Positions 26,938 to 36,032 of a stretch of DNA of 64,000 nucleotides are shown in pieces. The stretch covers positions 150,446 through 214,445 of the forward strand of contig DASTDY010000063.1 of the NCBI GenBank assembly GCA_035710125.1, in the 5' to 3' direction. Below the pieces are notes generated by a model, which searched no databases, was not told the origin of the DNA, and saw nothing but the letters and a program-made list of their open reading frames with translations. Position numbers and translations under genes: made by a program. Every line of letters starts with the position of its first letter. The stretch's first letter is position 1. This stretch comes from Candidatus Saccharimonadales bacterium (GTDB taxonomy: Bacteria; Patescibacteriota; Saccharimonadia; Saccharimonadales; EFPC-124).

Positions 26938-27843
26938 ATGAAAATCGCAATTTTGTCTAAGGGGCCTGGTAACTACACTACCAAACGGCTAAAAGAAGAA
27001 GCCAAAAAGCGCGGCCACACTGTGCGCGTGATTAGCTATACCAAATGTTACGTAGCGGTAGAAGCCAGCAAGCCAGTGGTGCGGTACGAGGGCGGCGATT
27101 TAGAGACGTTCGATGCGATTATTCCGCGCATTGCGCAGTCGTACACCAGATACGGTTCGGCAATTGTGCGTCAGTTTGAAATGCAAGGCACATACACCAC
27201 TGCCAGTTCGATTGCGATTACCCGCTCGCGCGACAAGCTACGCACCTACCAGCTGTTGGCGCGCGCAGGGGTTAATATCCCTAAAACGCTGTTTGCGCTA
27301 GAGACCGCAAGTTTCGACGACGTCATAGAGCAGGCTGGCGGTGCCCCGCTTATTATTAAAGTTGCCCGCGGCACCCACGGCAACGGCGTGGTATTGGCCG
27401 AAACCGCCAAGGCTGCAAAGGCGGTAATGCAGGCATTTTATGTAGAAAACGTGAGTTTTTTGGTACAAGAATTTGTAAAGGAATCCGCAGGGACCGACAT
27501 CCGCGCTTTGGTTGTAGGTGGCAAAGTTGTAGCCAGCATAGAACGCAAAAGTTTAGACGAAGACTTTAGGTCTAACACGCACCAAGGCGGTGTGGGCAAA
27601 TCTGTAAAACTTACCGACGACGAGCGCCACACTGCTATAAAAGCCGCCCGCGCCATGGGCCTGCCGGTATGTGCGGTAGACATGATGCGCTCTAATTCGG
27701 GGCCAATGGTTCTAGAGATCAATTCGTCGGGCAGTATTAAAACGCCAGAAATCACTACCGGCCGTAACGTTGCAGAGAAAATTATAGAGTACATAGAACT
27801 TAACGCTAAGCGCCGCAACAAAAAAGACCGCGTTGGCGCGTAG
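26938..27843 (+). CDS. rimK: Ribosomal protein S6 L-glutamate ligase RimK
   Basis: MKIAILS..., an ATP-grasp domain (IIKVARGTHGNGVVL, DIRALVVGGKVV, VCAVDMMRS..GPMVLEINSS). Confidence 0.85.
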   Translation: MKIAILSKGPGNYTTKRLKEEAKKRGHTVRVISYTKCYVAVEASKPVVRYEGGDLETFDAIIPRIAQSYTRYGSAIVRQFEMQGTYTTASSIAITRSRDKLRTYQLLARAGVNIPKTLFALETASFDDVIEQAGGAPLIIKVARGTHGNGVVLAETAKAAKAVMQAFYVENVSFLVQEFVKESAGTDIRALVVGGKVVASIERKSLDEDFRSNTHQGGVGKSVKLTDDERHTAIKAARAMGLPVCAVDMMRSNSGPMVLEINSSGSIKTPEITTGRNVAEKIIEYIELNAKRRNKKDRVGA

Positions 27844-27863
27844 AGTAGTGCTATCATAAGAAC

Positions 27864-28355
27864 ATGGGGCCTTTAATTACAATGGCACTCTTGTTTGCAG
27901 CACTTGTGTTCGCAGGTTATATTACCAAGCGCCGGTTTGGCGTACTGGGGTTGGCGCTTGCGGCCGGTTCGCTCATTAGCAATTACTGGTCGAAACCAGT
28001 TGCTGATTTTTTAGAACAAAACGGCATTATTTTTTCTGTGCCGCCGTTAATTGCAGTGGTGCAGATAGGTTTATTGCTGCTGCCGCCAGTCCTACTGTTG
28101 AGTGCCGGCCCAACGTATTCTAAGGGCATGCCACGTGTTCTGGGCGCCTTGGCCTTTGGAGTTTTGGCGCTTACCTTGCTTACAGATATACTCCGCACAA
28201 TCTTGGCGCCAGAACCAACAACAGAGTCTATTCTTTTATTCTTGGCGGCAAACAAAGCACTGATAATAACTATCGGACTAAGTGCGGCTGTTGTAGATAC
28301 GCTCTTTACGCGCAAGGGTAAGGGGCGAGACACTAAAAAATCCAAATCTCATTGA
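27864..28355 (+). CDS. Hypothetical multi-pass membrane protein
   Basis: 163 aa with about four hydrophobic helices and a Lys-rich C-terminus. Confidence 0.55.
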   Translation: MGPLITMALLFAALVFAGYITKRRFGVLGLALAAGSLISNYWSKPVADFLEQNGIIFSVPPLIAVVQIGLLLLPPVLLLSAGPTYSKGMPRVLGALAFGVLALTLLTDILRTILAPEPTTESILLFLAANKALIITIGLSAAVVDTLFTRKGKGRDTKKSKSH

Positions 28356-28437
28356 CAATAACAGATTAAACAGGTAATATATGCTTGCCGTGTAGTGCGA
28401 TTTTTTGTTATAAAAAGCCTACACCACAAACTTTTGT

Positions 28438-28514
28438 GGGCCCATAGCTCAGCCGGTTAGAGCACCTGCCTTTTAAGCAGGGTGTCCTGGGTTCGAGTCC
28501 CAGTGGGCCCTCCA
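28438..28514 (+). tRNA. tRNA-Lys (anticodon UUU)
   Basis: Acceptor GGGCCCA/UGGGCCC, anticodon arm CCUGC-CUUUUAA-GCAGG, T-arm CUGGG-UUCGAGU-CCCAG, encoded CCA. Confidence 0.85.
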
Positions 28515-28563
28515 TGAAAAATACCAACGGTACATCTGTTGGTATTTTTCATGGAGGGCTTTT
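28507..28563 (+). terminator. Long terminator hairpin whose 5' arm starts inside the tRNA-Lys 3' end
   Basis: 22-bp perfect stem GCCCTCCATGAAAAATACCAAC / GTTGGTATTTTTCATGGAGGGC, 9-nt loop, then TTTT. Confidence 0.7.
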
Positions 28564-28757
28564 GCAGCTCGAAACGGTGCTCAAAATCCCATGTCCGGCA
28601 ACTGCATTGGACTTAGGTAATCAGGCGACCGGACCCCGCTATCCGTTACTGTACGCAGGAGTACGATATTGCATACAAGATGATGGATGCTGCTTGGCAT
28701 TGTTTATGTCGAAGACAGCGATAGACTCGCACTGGTTAAGTTTGCTATAGTGTAAGT

Positions 28758-28952
28758 ATGAAAAACACCGTAATCTTCCGTTTAGTTGCAATGCTGTTTG
28801 TTTTAATAACAGCTGTGCTACTAATACTAATGGTTCTTGATATTATTAGCGGCCCGTCAGCACGCGAGATTATCATGAAGTTGGCGGCAGTGTCCGGAAT
28901 TATCGCTGCGGCTGCTTTAGCAATGTCTTTCCTGGGCAATAGTAAGCCTTAG
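28758..28952 (+). CDS. Small hypothetical membrane protein (two TM helices)
   Basis: 64 aa, hydrophobic. No clear RBS. Confidence 0.4.
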   Translation: MKNTVIFRLVAMLFVLITAVLLILMVLDIISGPSAREIIMKLAAVSGIIAAAALAMSFLGNSKP

Positions 28953-29066
28953 CCTGCAAAACTACAGCCCCTTGCCAGCCAACACATAGCTAGCATCTCT
29001 GTTGCGTGCGCGAGACTCGCAGGTACTATTTACTACCGGGTAATCTGTGTTACAATCCCAGATATA

Positions 29067-29576
29067 ATGCCGACTGCAAAGAAACAAACTCATTTTAAAG
29101 ACATTGCGCTACTGTTTGCTATCCCTCTTAGCATTGCGTTAATTGCCGCGGCTGTGGTGTACGTGCCACGATTCCTTGCGAACCCAGCGTACGATTTTAT
29201 TTATGCAACCTGTGGGGATTACTACTGTTCGCCACTGTATACGGTAGACCAATCGGGGCGCATTGTTTCGCAGCCGCAGTCAGACGGTTTTTTGCGTCCC
29301 CGCGCGTCGCAGCTTAGGTATTACGATTCAGCAAAAGGCTCTTTTAGGGATATTTCGCCCGAAGAGGCCGTTAAGTATTCGCTGCTTACAGATTCTAAAT
29401 CGCCAGACGGCTATACGCTCACTAAAGAGTCCTCGCGCAGTGGTTTTTTGTTCTGGAGTACGTATGACGGCGGATGGTATTTGGTAGACGGCGCAAAAAA
29501 GAAAAACGTTACGCTTTCTGCCGGTAATACTGTTAATCGCGATGACATAAAATTTTTGGGCTGGGTTAAAAAATGA
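29067..29576 (+). CDS. Hypothetical N-terminally membrane-anchored protein
   Basis: 169 aa with TM helix IALLFAIPLSIALIAAAVVYV followed by a soluble domain. Its stop overlaps the next ATG. Confidence 0.5.
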   Translation: MPTAKKQTHFKDIALLFAIPLSIALIAAAVVYVPRFLANPAYDFIYATCGDYYCSPLYTVDQSGRIVSQPQSDGFLRPRASQLRYYDSAKGSFRDISPEEAVKYSLLTDSKSPDGYTLTKESSRSGFLFWSTYDGGWYLVDGAKKKNVTLSAGNTVNRDDIKFLGWVKK

Positions 29577-30562
29577 ACAACAAACTAGAGTTACTTGCAG
29601 AAGTCCAGCAGGCACTGCAAAGAGGCACGATAACAGAGAACGACCTAAGTTTACTAATTTCCCAACCTACTAAGGCGGGCCACGCCGAACCTGTCCAAAA
29701 ACCAGAGGTTACCGCTGTTGACACCATGTTTTATATTGCTGGCATTGTGCTCTTTGCGGCGATTATTTCTATAATTTCGCAATCATGGAACGACGGCAAC
29801 GCCCTAGCGCACATATTCTTAAGCGCTGGTGTTGGCCTTGGCTTGTGGGCAGCTGCGTATCTTTTAATAAAAAGTCCGCAGCAGAGTGATGTACGCAAAG
29901 GGTTGATTGGGGCGTTGTTGCTAACCGGTTCACTAACGGTGGTGACGGGCGGTTACATTATAACCAACGAACTTATTGGCGGTTTCGGGAACGTAAACTT
30001 TATCCCAGGGGCGGTTATGCTCGCGGTTTTGGGTGCCGTGCATTTAGGGTTTGATAGGCTCGTTAAAAGGGATTGGACGCTCCTGATGGGCATACTGCTT
30101 TGCGTGGCGGCGTTCCCTGCGTTTCTTTTTGGGCTTTTGCAAGATGCCGACGTACCATATGATTTTTGGTCCGCAGTCCTCATTGCCTCGGCTGGTTTGC
30201 TTGCCTATGCAACCAGGGTAGCGGCTAAGCTGAATGCCAAAAGGAATATAAGAACGTCATTTGACTCGATTGCGACTTTTTTGGCGCTTCTTATCATGTA
30301 CGGTTCTAGCTTTGGCGAGAATGGAGTGTTGTGGCTGAGCGCGCTGGTGTTTGCGATATTTGGTATTTTTTACCTAAGTATTGTGTCGCAGAACAGGCAT
30401 TTGCTAGGAAACGCGTCGGTATTTTTGGTGCTAACTGTTATTACGATGTCGTTTAGGTATTTCTCGGGTTATGGCGCGACTACTAGCTTAATTGTTGCCG
30501 CGATTGGATTGCTCGCTTCGGGTGCGATTGCGTCCGGCATTAATAAAAAATATTTTAAGTAA
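29573..30562 (+). CDS. Hypothetical polytopic membrane protein
   Basis: 329 aa with about eight hydrophobic segments. Translationally coupled to 29067..29576. Confidence 0.55.
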   Translation: MNNKLELLAEVQQALQRGTITENDLSLLISQPTKAGHAEPVQKPEVTAVDTMFYIAGIVLFAAIISIISQSWNDGNALAHIFLSAGVGLGLWAAAYLLIKSPQQSDVRKGLIGALLLTGSLTVVTGGYIITNELIGGFGNVNFIPGAVMLAVLGAVHLGFDRLVKRDWTLLMGILLCVAAFPAFLFGLLQDADVPYDFWSAVLIASAGLLAYATRVAAKLNAKRNIRTSFDSIATFLALLIMYGSSFGENGVLWLSALVFAIFGIFYLSIVSQNRHLLGNASVFLVLTVITMSFRYFSGYGATTSLIVAAIGLLASGAIASGINKKYFK

Positions 30563-30655
30563 AAATAAAACCCCGATAGAGCGGAGTCCTATTTGATGAT
30601 GCTTGGGCAAGCGGGACGGCACGAACGGCCGCCCCGACTTACTTTGTTGCTTGGG

Positions 30656-31186
30656 CTAGGGGGTAGCAGGTACCCACCAGATCCGGCGCTTGGTGGCAAC
30701 GAAGCTTCCCAGCGTGGCGCACAGGCTAACAAATCCGCCCATGAGCGTGGGCCAACCCTGGGGAAGGCCGTAGCTCCACACCAGGAGAGCCGTTCCGAGA
30801 ACGCACAACAAGGTGTAGGCCACTACGACGGTCTTGAGCACACTCGGTGTCTCCCTGGCGCTCTCTGCAGGCCAGAGCTTCTCCCTTTCAGCGTCGGTGG
30901 TGGCAAACGGCAAGCGTTTGCGCCACTTACTGGACAGGTAGAGCCCCCTGGCGCCACCCACCAGCAATGCCCCGCTGAGCCCGAAGTTCAAGGCGACCAG
31001 GAACCGGATGAGCGGCTCCGAGTCGTACTCGAGACTCCACAACACATTGCCGGCGAACCCGCAGAGTGTGAGCGCTGTAAGGGTACTGAGAAAGCCCGCC
31101 AGAAGGCGGTACTTTGCCCTGACGACAAAGATGACCATCATGGTGCCGACAAGCCCTGCAATGTTCCACCACATCTTGCACCCCAT
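30656..31186 (-). CDS. Hypothetical 4-TM membrane protein, G+C-rich
   Basis: ORF track gives 30656..31240 with a TTG start. I prefer ATG 31186 (MGCKMWWNIAGLVG...). The opposite-strand ORF 30593..31192 is P/R/G-rich junk typical of a GC-rich shadow frame. Confidence 0.5.
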   Translation of the reverse strand: MGCKMWWNIAGLVGTMMVIFVVRAKYRLLAGFLSTLTALTLCGFAGNVLWSLEYDSEPLIRFLVALNFGLSGALLVGGARGLYLSSKWRKRLPFATTDAEREKLWPAESARETPSVLKTVVVAYTLLCVLGTALLVWSYGLPQGWPTLMGGFVSLCATLGSFVATKRRIWWVPATP

Positions 31187-31331
31187 AACTAGGCAATGAG
31201 TAAGCTGAATAATTTTAATATATTTCAAATGACTAGTCAATGCATGACAGCGCCCCCGGCTTTAGAGCAAAAGCTCCAATGCTGGGGGCAACTGCGACTT
31301 ACTGAAAGGCAGTGGCGTTTCGTCTGGCGGG

Positions 31332-32309
31332 TTACTCGGGCCCTGCGACCGCTGCCACGAGCATTGTTGCCAACTGTTTTGGAGGCGTCGCCCTGATTGC
31401 CTTACTGCGGGTGTCGCCGGCGAGATTCTCCCAGTTGACGGTGCCAGGTACGGGTGCGAAGGCGAGCGCCAACCGAATGTCGATGACTGTCCGGTCGTCT
31501 TCGCGCAGTGCTGCCACAAGCGGTTCTTTGGGGTCTCGTAGCGCGGCGTACAAGAATCCACGCAGGACGGCCTGGAACCATCCCTTGATTGTGGCGAGGC
31601 GCAGGAAGTCTTGCTTTTTCGGCCTGCGGCCGAGGACGTCCATGCTGGCGTCCAGCATTATTACCGCAACCGCGAGCGAGTCAGCTAGCGCGGCTAGGGT
31701 GCCAGAATCAGTTGATTGGCTGGCTCCTCTGAGTTCCGTCTGGTGAAGGTACAAGGCGGCGCCTAGCCGGTACGGCCCGCGGAACCACTCCTTAGCCATC
31801 TCTACCGTCACAAAAGACGGCATCAAATCCAGGATGGTGGGTGTGGGCAGTGCGTCGAGTTCCCGCACCCTGCGCAGAACCTCAACCTGGTGTCTCCACC
31901 AGTGCTCTGCGTTGGTCTGCAGGCGCATCAGGTCCGCTTGTGGATCGGTGATCGACACAGGTGGCTCGGGCATCTGGCCATGGCGCGCCATAACCAGCAG
32001 GTTGGCCCACACTTGGCGCTGTCTCTCGATGAGTGGGTTCAGTACTTCGGCGTTTTCGTCGGTCAGCTCGAGATGTGCCTCTTTACCGCTCTGTGCCAGG
32101 ATCAGCCGCAGCACATTGCCGCTGCTGAGTGAGCCGTCCCGCAACAGCAGGCTGATCGCGTGCGCCTCGGCTTGCGCCACAGGTGTAACACCTTGCAAAG
32201 ACAGCAAAGCCGGGAGTCTTTTGTGCAACAGCTCAAGCAGTTTGGTGTTGGGCGTGCCGATCATGTCGGCTGGAACCAACTCCACAAGCTTGGTCGTCTT
32301 GCTGGCCAT
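31332..32309 (-). CDS. Hypothetical cytoplasmic protein, G+C-rich, no motif recognised
   Basis: 325 aa. GGAGG lies 5 nt upstream of the ATG. The coding bias is clear (overlapping + strand ORFs look like shadows). Confidence 0.6.
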   Translation of the reverse strand: MASKTTKLVELVPADMIGTPNTKLLELLHKRLPALLSLQGVTPVAQAEAHAISLLLRDGSLSSGNVLRLILAQSGKEAHLELTDENAEVLNPLIERQRQVWANLLVMARHGQMPEPPVSITDPQADLMRLQTNAEHWWRHQVEVLRRVRELDALPTPTILDLMPSFVTVEMAKEWFRGPYRLGAALYLHQTELRGASQSTDSGTLAALADSLAVAVIMLDASMDVLGRRPKKQDFLRLATIKGWFQAVLRGFLYAALRDPKEPLVAALREDDRTVIDIRLALAFAPVPGTVNWENLAGDTRSKAIRATPPKQLATMLVAAVAGPE

Positions 32310-32330
32310 ATCTACCTCCGGTAGTCGCAG

Positions 32331-32346
32331 CTCTGAATTTTCAGAG
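32331..32346. promoter_or_regulatory. Perfect 16-bp palindrome between the putative promoter and RBS of 31332..32309
   Basis: CTCTGAATTTTCAGAG reads the same on both strands. It sits in the AT-rich leader of a G+C-rich gene. Confidence 0.35.
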
Positions 32347-32406
32347 TATATAATATTTTACAATAAAAATAAGTCTACGTCTATGCGTGCGGAGTAAAGT
32401 AAAATT

Positions 32407-33126
32407 CTAGCGATATTCCGGATTTTCAAAATCAAACCGGCTGCCTGCGTCCCACTTGCTGCGCTGGTTGCCGAAGGCTGGTACGCCGCCCTGCGTTTTA
32501 AGCATTTTTGCCAGGTGCATAAGGTTCCATGACATGAATGTGGCGTTGCGGTTAGTAAAATCGTTTTGAGGGCCGCCTGAGTCTTTGTCTAAATAACTTG
32601 GGCCTGGGCCAGCCTCGCCCACCCAGTAGGTGTCGGCTTGGGGTGGGATGGTGTATCCGATATGCTGAAGGCTGTATAAAATATTCATACTACAGTGTTT
32701 GCCGCCGTCTTCGTTGCCGGTAATCAGACTGCCGCCAACTTTGCCGTAATAAACGTATTGGCCCTGGTCGTTTAGTTCGGCAGAATTGCCGTACAAGCGT
32801 TCGATTATTTGTTTAGTCACAGAACTGTTGTCGCCGAGCCAGATAGGGCCGGCGATCACCAAAATATCGGCCGCCTTTACTTTTTTGAACAACTCGGGCC
32901 AGGCGTCGGTTGCCCAGCCTTGCTCGCGCATGTCTGGGTATACACCGGTGGCTATATCGAAGTCGATTGCCCGAATAACCTCTGTCTTTACCCCATGCTT
33001 TTGCATGATGTCAGTACAAACTCTAATTAAACCCTCTGTGTTGCTGGTGGCTGGGCTCTTTTTGAGTGTGCAGTTAAAAAATACCGCGCGTAAATCCGAA
33101 AAGTCGTGCGTTGGTCCATGCGCCAT
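32407..33126 (-). CDS. Flavodoxin-like fold NAD(P)H-dependent FMN reductase family protein
   Basis: VFFNCTLKKSP..SNTEGL, AADILVIAGPIWLGDNSSVTKQIIERL. GGGAGG lies 7 nt before the ATG at 33126, so the ORF-track start 33168 is too early. Confidence 0.65.
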   Translation of the reverse strand: MAHGPTHDFSDLRAVFFNCTLKKSPATSNTEGLIRVCTDIMQKHGVKTEVIRAIDFDIATGVYPDMREQGWATDAWPELFKKVKAADILVIAGPIWLGDNSSVTKQIIERLYGNSAELNDQGQYVYYGKVGGSLITGNEDGGKHCSMNILYSLQHIGYTIPPQADTYWVGEAGPGPSYLDKDSGGPQNDFTNRNATFMSWNLMHLAKMLKTQGGVPAFGNQRSKWDAGSRFDFENPEYR

Positions 33127-33203
33127 GGTATACCCTCCCATTATTTGCTTTCTTAAGCATACTCCCATTCCTATAAGAGGTAAAATGTAGTAAAATATAC
33201 GAA

Positions 33204-34013
33204 ATGCGAATACTAGATGGCCTCCAGCTCGCCGGTTTTATTAAAGAACGCCAAGCCCGACAAGTGCGGGCGCTGCGGCAAGCCCATAAGATCTTTCCTA
33301 AACTAGCGATTGTACGTACATCTAACGACCCTCGGATTGCTGCGTATGTCCGCTTAAAAAAAGCCTACGGTGAAGATATTTTAATAGATGTAGACGAACA
33401 TGTAGTCCCGCAAGAACAGGCACCTGCCTTGGTGCAAAAACTAAACAATGACCCAAGTGTGACAGGTATAATAATTCAGCTGCCGCTTGCCGACGCATCA
33501 CAAACAGCCGATCTTGTAAATGCTGTTGCGCCACAAAAAGATGTAGACGGCTTGGGCAAAGATGCTATGCTCGATCCCGCGACACCAATGGCAATTTTAT
33601 GGCTCATGGCCGGTTATAACGTAGAGCTTAAAAATAAGAACATAGTGGTAATTGGGCAAGGAAGGCTAGTAGGAGCGCCGTTAACGCGCATGTTACGAAA
33701 CAGCGGCTACACAGTTGTGACTATTACCAAAGAGACCGACAACCTGCCCGCAGTAGTGCGTCAGGCCGACGTTATAATCAGCGCCGCAGGCAGCCCAGGG
33801 TTGGTCACCAGTGACATGATCCAGCCAGGAGCAACAGTAGTAGACGCCGGTGTCGCCACCGACAAAGGCAAGCTAGTAGGCGACATCGACCCAGCCGTAC
33901 GCGAACGCCACGACCTAACCATAACGCCAGAAAAAGGCGGAGTAGGCCCGCTCACTGTCACCGCCCTGTTCGACAACGTTATCCGCGCCGCACAGAAAGC
34001 GGTAACGCAATGA
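33204..34013 (+). CDS. folD: Bifunctional methylenetetrahydrofolate dehydrogenase/cyclohydrolase FolD
   Basis: ILDG..LAGFIKE, GIIIQLPL, KDVDG, VVIGQGRLVGAPL, GGVGPLTVTAL. Confidence 0.9.
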   Translation: MRILDGLQLAGFIKERQARQVRALRQAHKIFPKLAIVRTSNDPRIAAYVRLKKAYGEDILIDVDEHVVPQEQAPALVQKLNNDPSVTGIIIQLPLADASQTADLVNAVAPQKDVDGLGKDAMLDPATPMAILWLMAGYNVELKNKNIVVIGQGRLVGAPLTRMLRNSGYTVVTITKETDNLPAVVRQADVIISAAGSPGLVTSDMIQPGATVVDAGVATDKGKLVGDIDPAVRERHDLTITPEKGGVGPLTVTALFDNVIRAAQKAVTQ

Positions 34014-34975
34014 GTAGCTTCCCACAATTCCCCAAGTTCACCGAACTCAAGTGGGAGCATAAAGAAGAGTATGAGGAGTTGGTGAGGGGGTATCCGCCGA
34101 TTGCGGATATTGCGTTCTCCAGTCTGATGGGTTGGTGGAGTCTGAAGAGAGTCCCTAAAATTTCACTTTTAAATCACAATCTCGTCATAATGTATACGGA
34201 AGATAAGGGTACAGGTTTTTGTTTAGTGGGCACTAATGAGGTAGATGAATCGATATGTGCTATTTTTGACTTTCTTAAAACCCACCGCTCCGTAGCACGG
34301 TTAGTACACGTTCCTGAGTTTGTGGTCAATAATATGCGCTATCCTGCGTTATATCAGTTTAATGCCGAACGGGATTATGATGAATATGTCATAGACATTT
34401 CAAAGTTTTTTCCACTTGAGAAGTCGCCTATTTTTCAACAGCGAAGGGTAAAAAGCTTTATAAATAAATTTAGTGAAAGCAGAATAAGTGTAAGACAAAT
34501 CGACTTGTCTGAGACGGCAAATCAAGAGGTGATCCTTGGCGCTGCGGCATCGTGGCCCTCAGTTGGGATTAATAATTTAAATAGCCATTCAATTCAGGCG
34601 TTTGAGCGATCGATTAAATTTGCTGATAAATTGGGCATTTACAATGTTTGCCTTTTTATAGACGATAAGCTCCAAGGTTTTTTGATATTCCACGCGCCAT
34701 CAGATAGAAAATATGTGACTCTTGAATATGCAAGATTAAGCTACAGCATCCCCTCCTTATTAGATTTTATGGTTTTTGTTTTTTCTGAGTGGTTCCTGGC
34801 GCAAGATGTTACTTTTGTAAACGTATGCATGGATTTCAACAAACCTGTTATGAGGGTTGCAAAGTTAGCGCTTAAACCAGTTAATTTTTTTAGGAAGTAT
34901 ACAATTGAACCGCTCCCAAATCGAACGTCAGAAGACTCGAACCGAAAGTCTAGATCTCTGCGAGCGCTTGCTTAA
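34010..34975 (+). CDS. DUF2156-like protein (C-terminal domain type of lysyl-phosphatidylglycerol synthase MprF), tentative
   Basis: FPKFTELKWEHKEEYEELVRGYPPIADIAFSSLMGWWS... matches my memory of stand-alone DUF2156 N-termini. The ATG overlaps the folD stop (ATGA). Confidence 0.4.
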   Translation: MSSFPQFPKFTELKWEHKEEYEELVRGYPPIADIAFSSLMGWWSLKRVPKISLLNHNLVIMYTEDKGTGFCLVGTNEVDESICAIFDFLKTHRSVARLVHVPEFVVNNMRYPALYQFNAERDYDEYVIDISKFFPLEKSPIFQQRRVKSFINKFSESRISVRQIDLSETANQEVILGAAASWPSVGINNLNSHSIQAFERSIKFADKLGIYNVCLFIDDKLQGFLIFHAPSDRKYVTLEYARLSYSIPSLLDFMVFVFSEWFLAQDVTFVNVCMDFNKPVMRVAKLALKPVNFFRKYTIEPLPNRTSEDSNRKSRSLRALA

Positions 34976-35327
34976 CCCTTTCGGTTACTTGTCGCGGTGT
35001 GAGTTCTGCCTTAACAATGTATGAGTGAATATTCAACCCTTGAAGGCTTCTAGGTGCTTCCTCTTCTCCAAGGTTTGTCAAAATAATTACAGGGATTGTT
35101 TTACCCCAGCTGGCGCTACGAATTTGGGCTAGGGCCTCCTCTCCGCTCATTTCAGGCATCTTGAGATCCATTAGTATCATGTCAGGACGGAGTTGTTCGC
35201 ATAATTCTACGCCGAGCCTACCGTTGCCTGCAGTCTGAACTTCAAAGCCTTCTGCTTCAAACTTCATGCGGTACATTTGTGCTATGACGGAGTCGTCTTC
35301 AATAATTGCGATTTTTATAGCGCGCAT
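34950..35327 (-). CDS. Single-domain response regulator (CheY-like receiver)
   Basis: MRAIKIAIIEDD...PDMILMDLKMPEMSG...IPVIILTNLG...KA. I chose ATG 35327, which lies 8 nt after the upstream gene's stop. Confidence 0.8.
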   Translation of the reverse strand: MRAIKIAIIEDDSVIAQMYRMKFEAEGFEVQTAGNGRLGVELCEQLRPDMILMDLKMPEMSGEEALAQIRSASWGKTIPVIILTNLGEEEAPRSLQGLNIHSYIVKAELTPRQVTERVKQALAEI

Positions 35328-35334
35328 GTCTTTA

Positions 35335-35964
35335 TTATAGCGCATATATTGCATCCATTATTGCTTTTGGATCAGTTTTGTCTAGAGAGTCTGGTGCCTC
35401 TGCAAGAACAACTGTAACGTGTCTACGCCAAAAACTGTACCGGCGCCACTCAATATGAGCAAGTAAAAGCTTGGCTTGTGGGTATTCGGCTAGAATGCGT
35501 GTTACACCAGGTCTTGGTTGCGAATCCTTTCGGAGGGTTCGATGGGCCTCAGGAAATATACAAATGTTGTAGCCGGAATGTAGAAGTTTTACGCTTCCCT
35601 CAACACCGAAAGTGTGGTGGGGGCGCTGTTTGTTGTGCGCAGGAAAGCTGCCCAAGATGAACAAGGCGGGCTTGAGTAAGGGGTGATGATAGACCCAAGG
35701 GATAGTCATGAATTTAATCGGTAGTAGGTGAAACCGTTGTTTGGCTTTCGCTAGAGTGAAAATAGCAAAAGGATCCAACTTACTCTGATGGTTCGCAGCA
35801 ATAACATAACGTTGATTGTGACCAAGCTCGTCGGGTATCCTGATGATCGCCTTATAGCCTCCCGTTAGGTTAAGAAAAATCCTGTAAAAGATAGCTGCTA
35901 ATTCTTGGGCAATTGAAATGAGAAAACCATTTAAAGTAAAGCGCGCGTTTCGATATTTGATCAC
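35335..35964 (-). CDS. PlsC-family lysophospholipid/lyso-aminolipid acyltransferase
   Basis: HX4D motif AANHQSKLDPF and FPEAHRT (block III). Confidence 0.7.
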   Translation of the reverse strand: MIKYRNARFTLNGFLISIAQELAAIFYRIFLNLTGGYKAIIRIPDELGHNQRYVIAANHQSKLDPFAIFTLAKAKQRFHLLPIKFMTIPWVYHHPLLKPALFILGSFPAHNKQRPHHTFGVEGSVKLLHSGYNICIFPEAHRTLRKDSQPRPGVTRILAEYPQAKLLLAHIEWRRYSFWRRHVTVVLAEAPDSLDKTDPKAIMDAIYAL

Positions 35965-36032
35965 ATTTAAAACCTTTCATCTTATCATAACATCGCTAGA
36001 AGTTAAAAATTGAAAGCTGACCTATAGATGAT

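Noticed and set aside
28514-28750. 78-aa ORF starting at the last base of tRNA-Lys
   Set aside because: Its first 15 codons are the terminator hairpin, there is no RBS, and the sequence is featureless. It is probably non-coding.
30593-31192. 199-aa + strand ORF, plus other long ORFs in G+C-rich islets (31312..31746, 31834..32397, 19901..20437, 20067..20495, 12682..13104)
   Set aside because: P/R/G/A-rich junk frames are expected in high-GC DNA. The chosen frames give membrane helices or recognisable domains and have RBSs.
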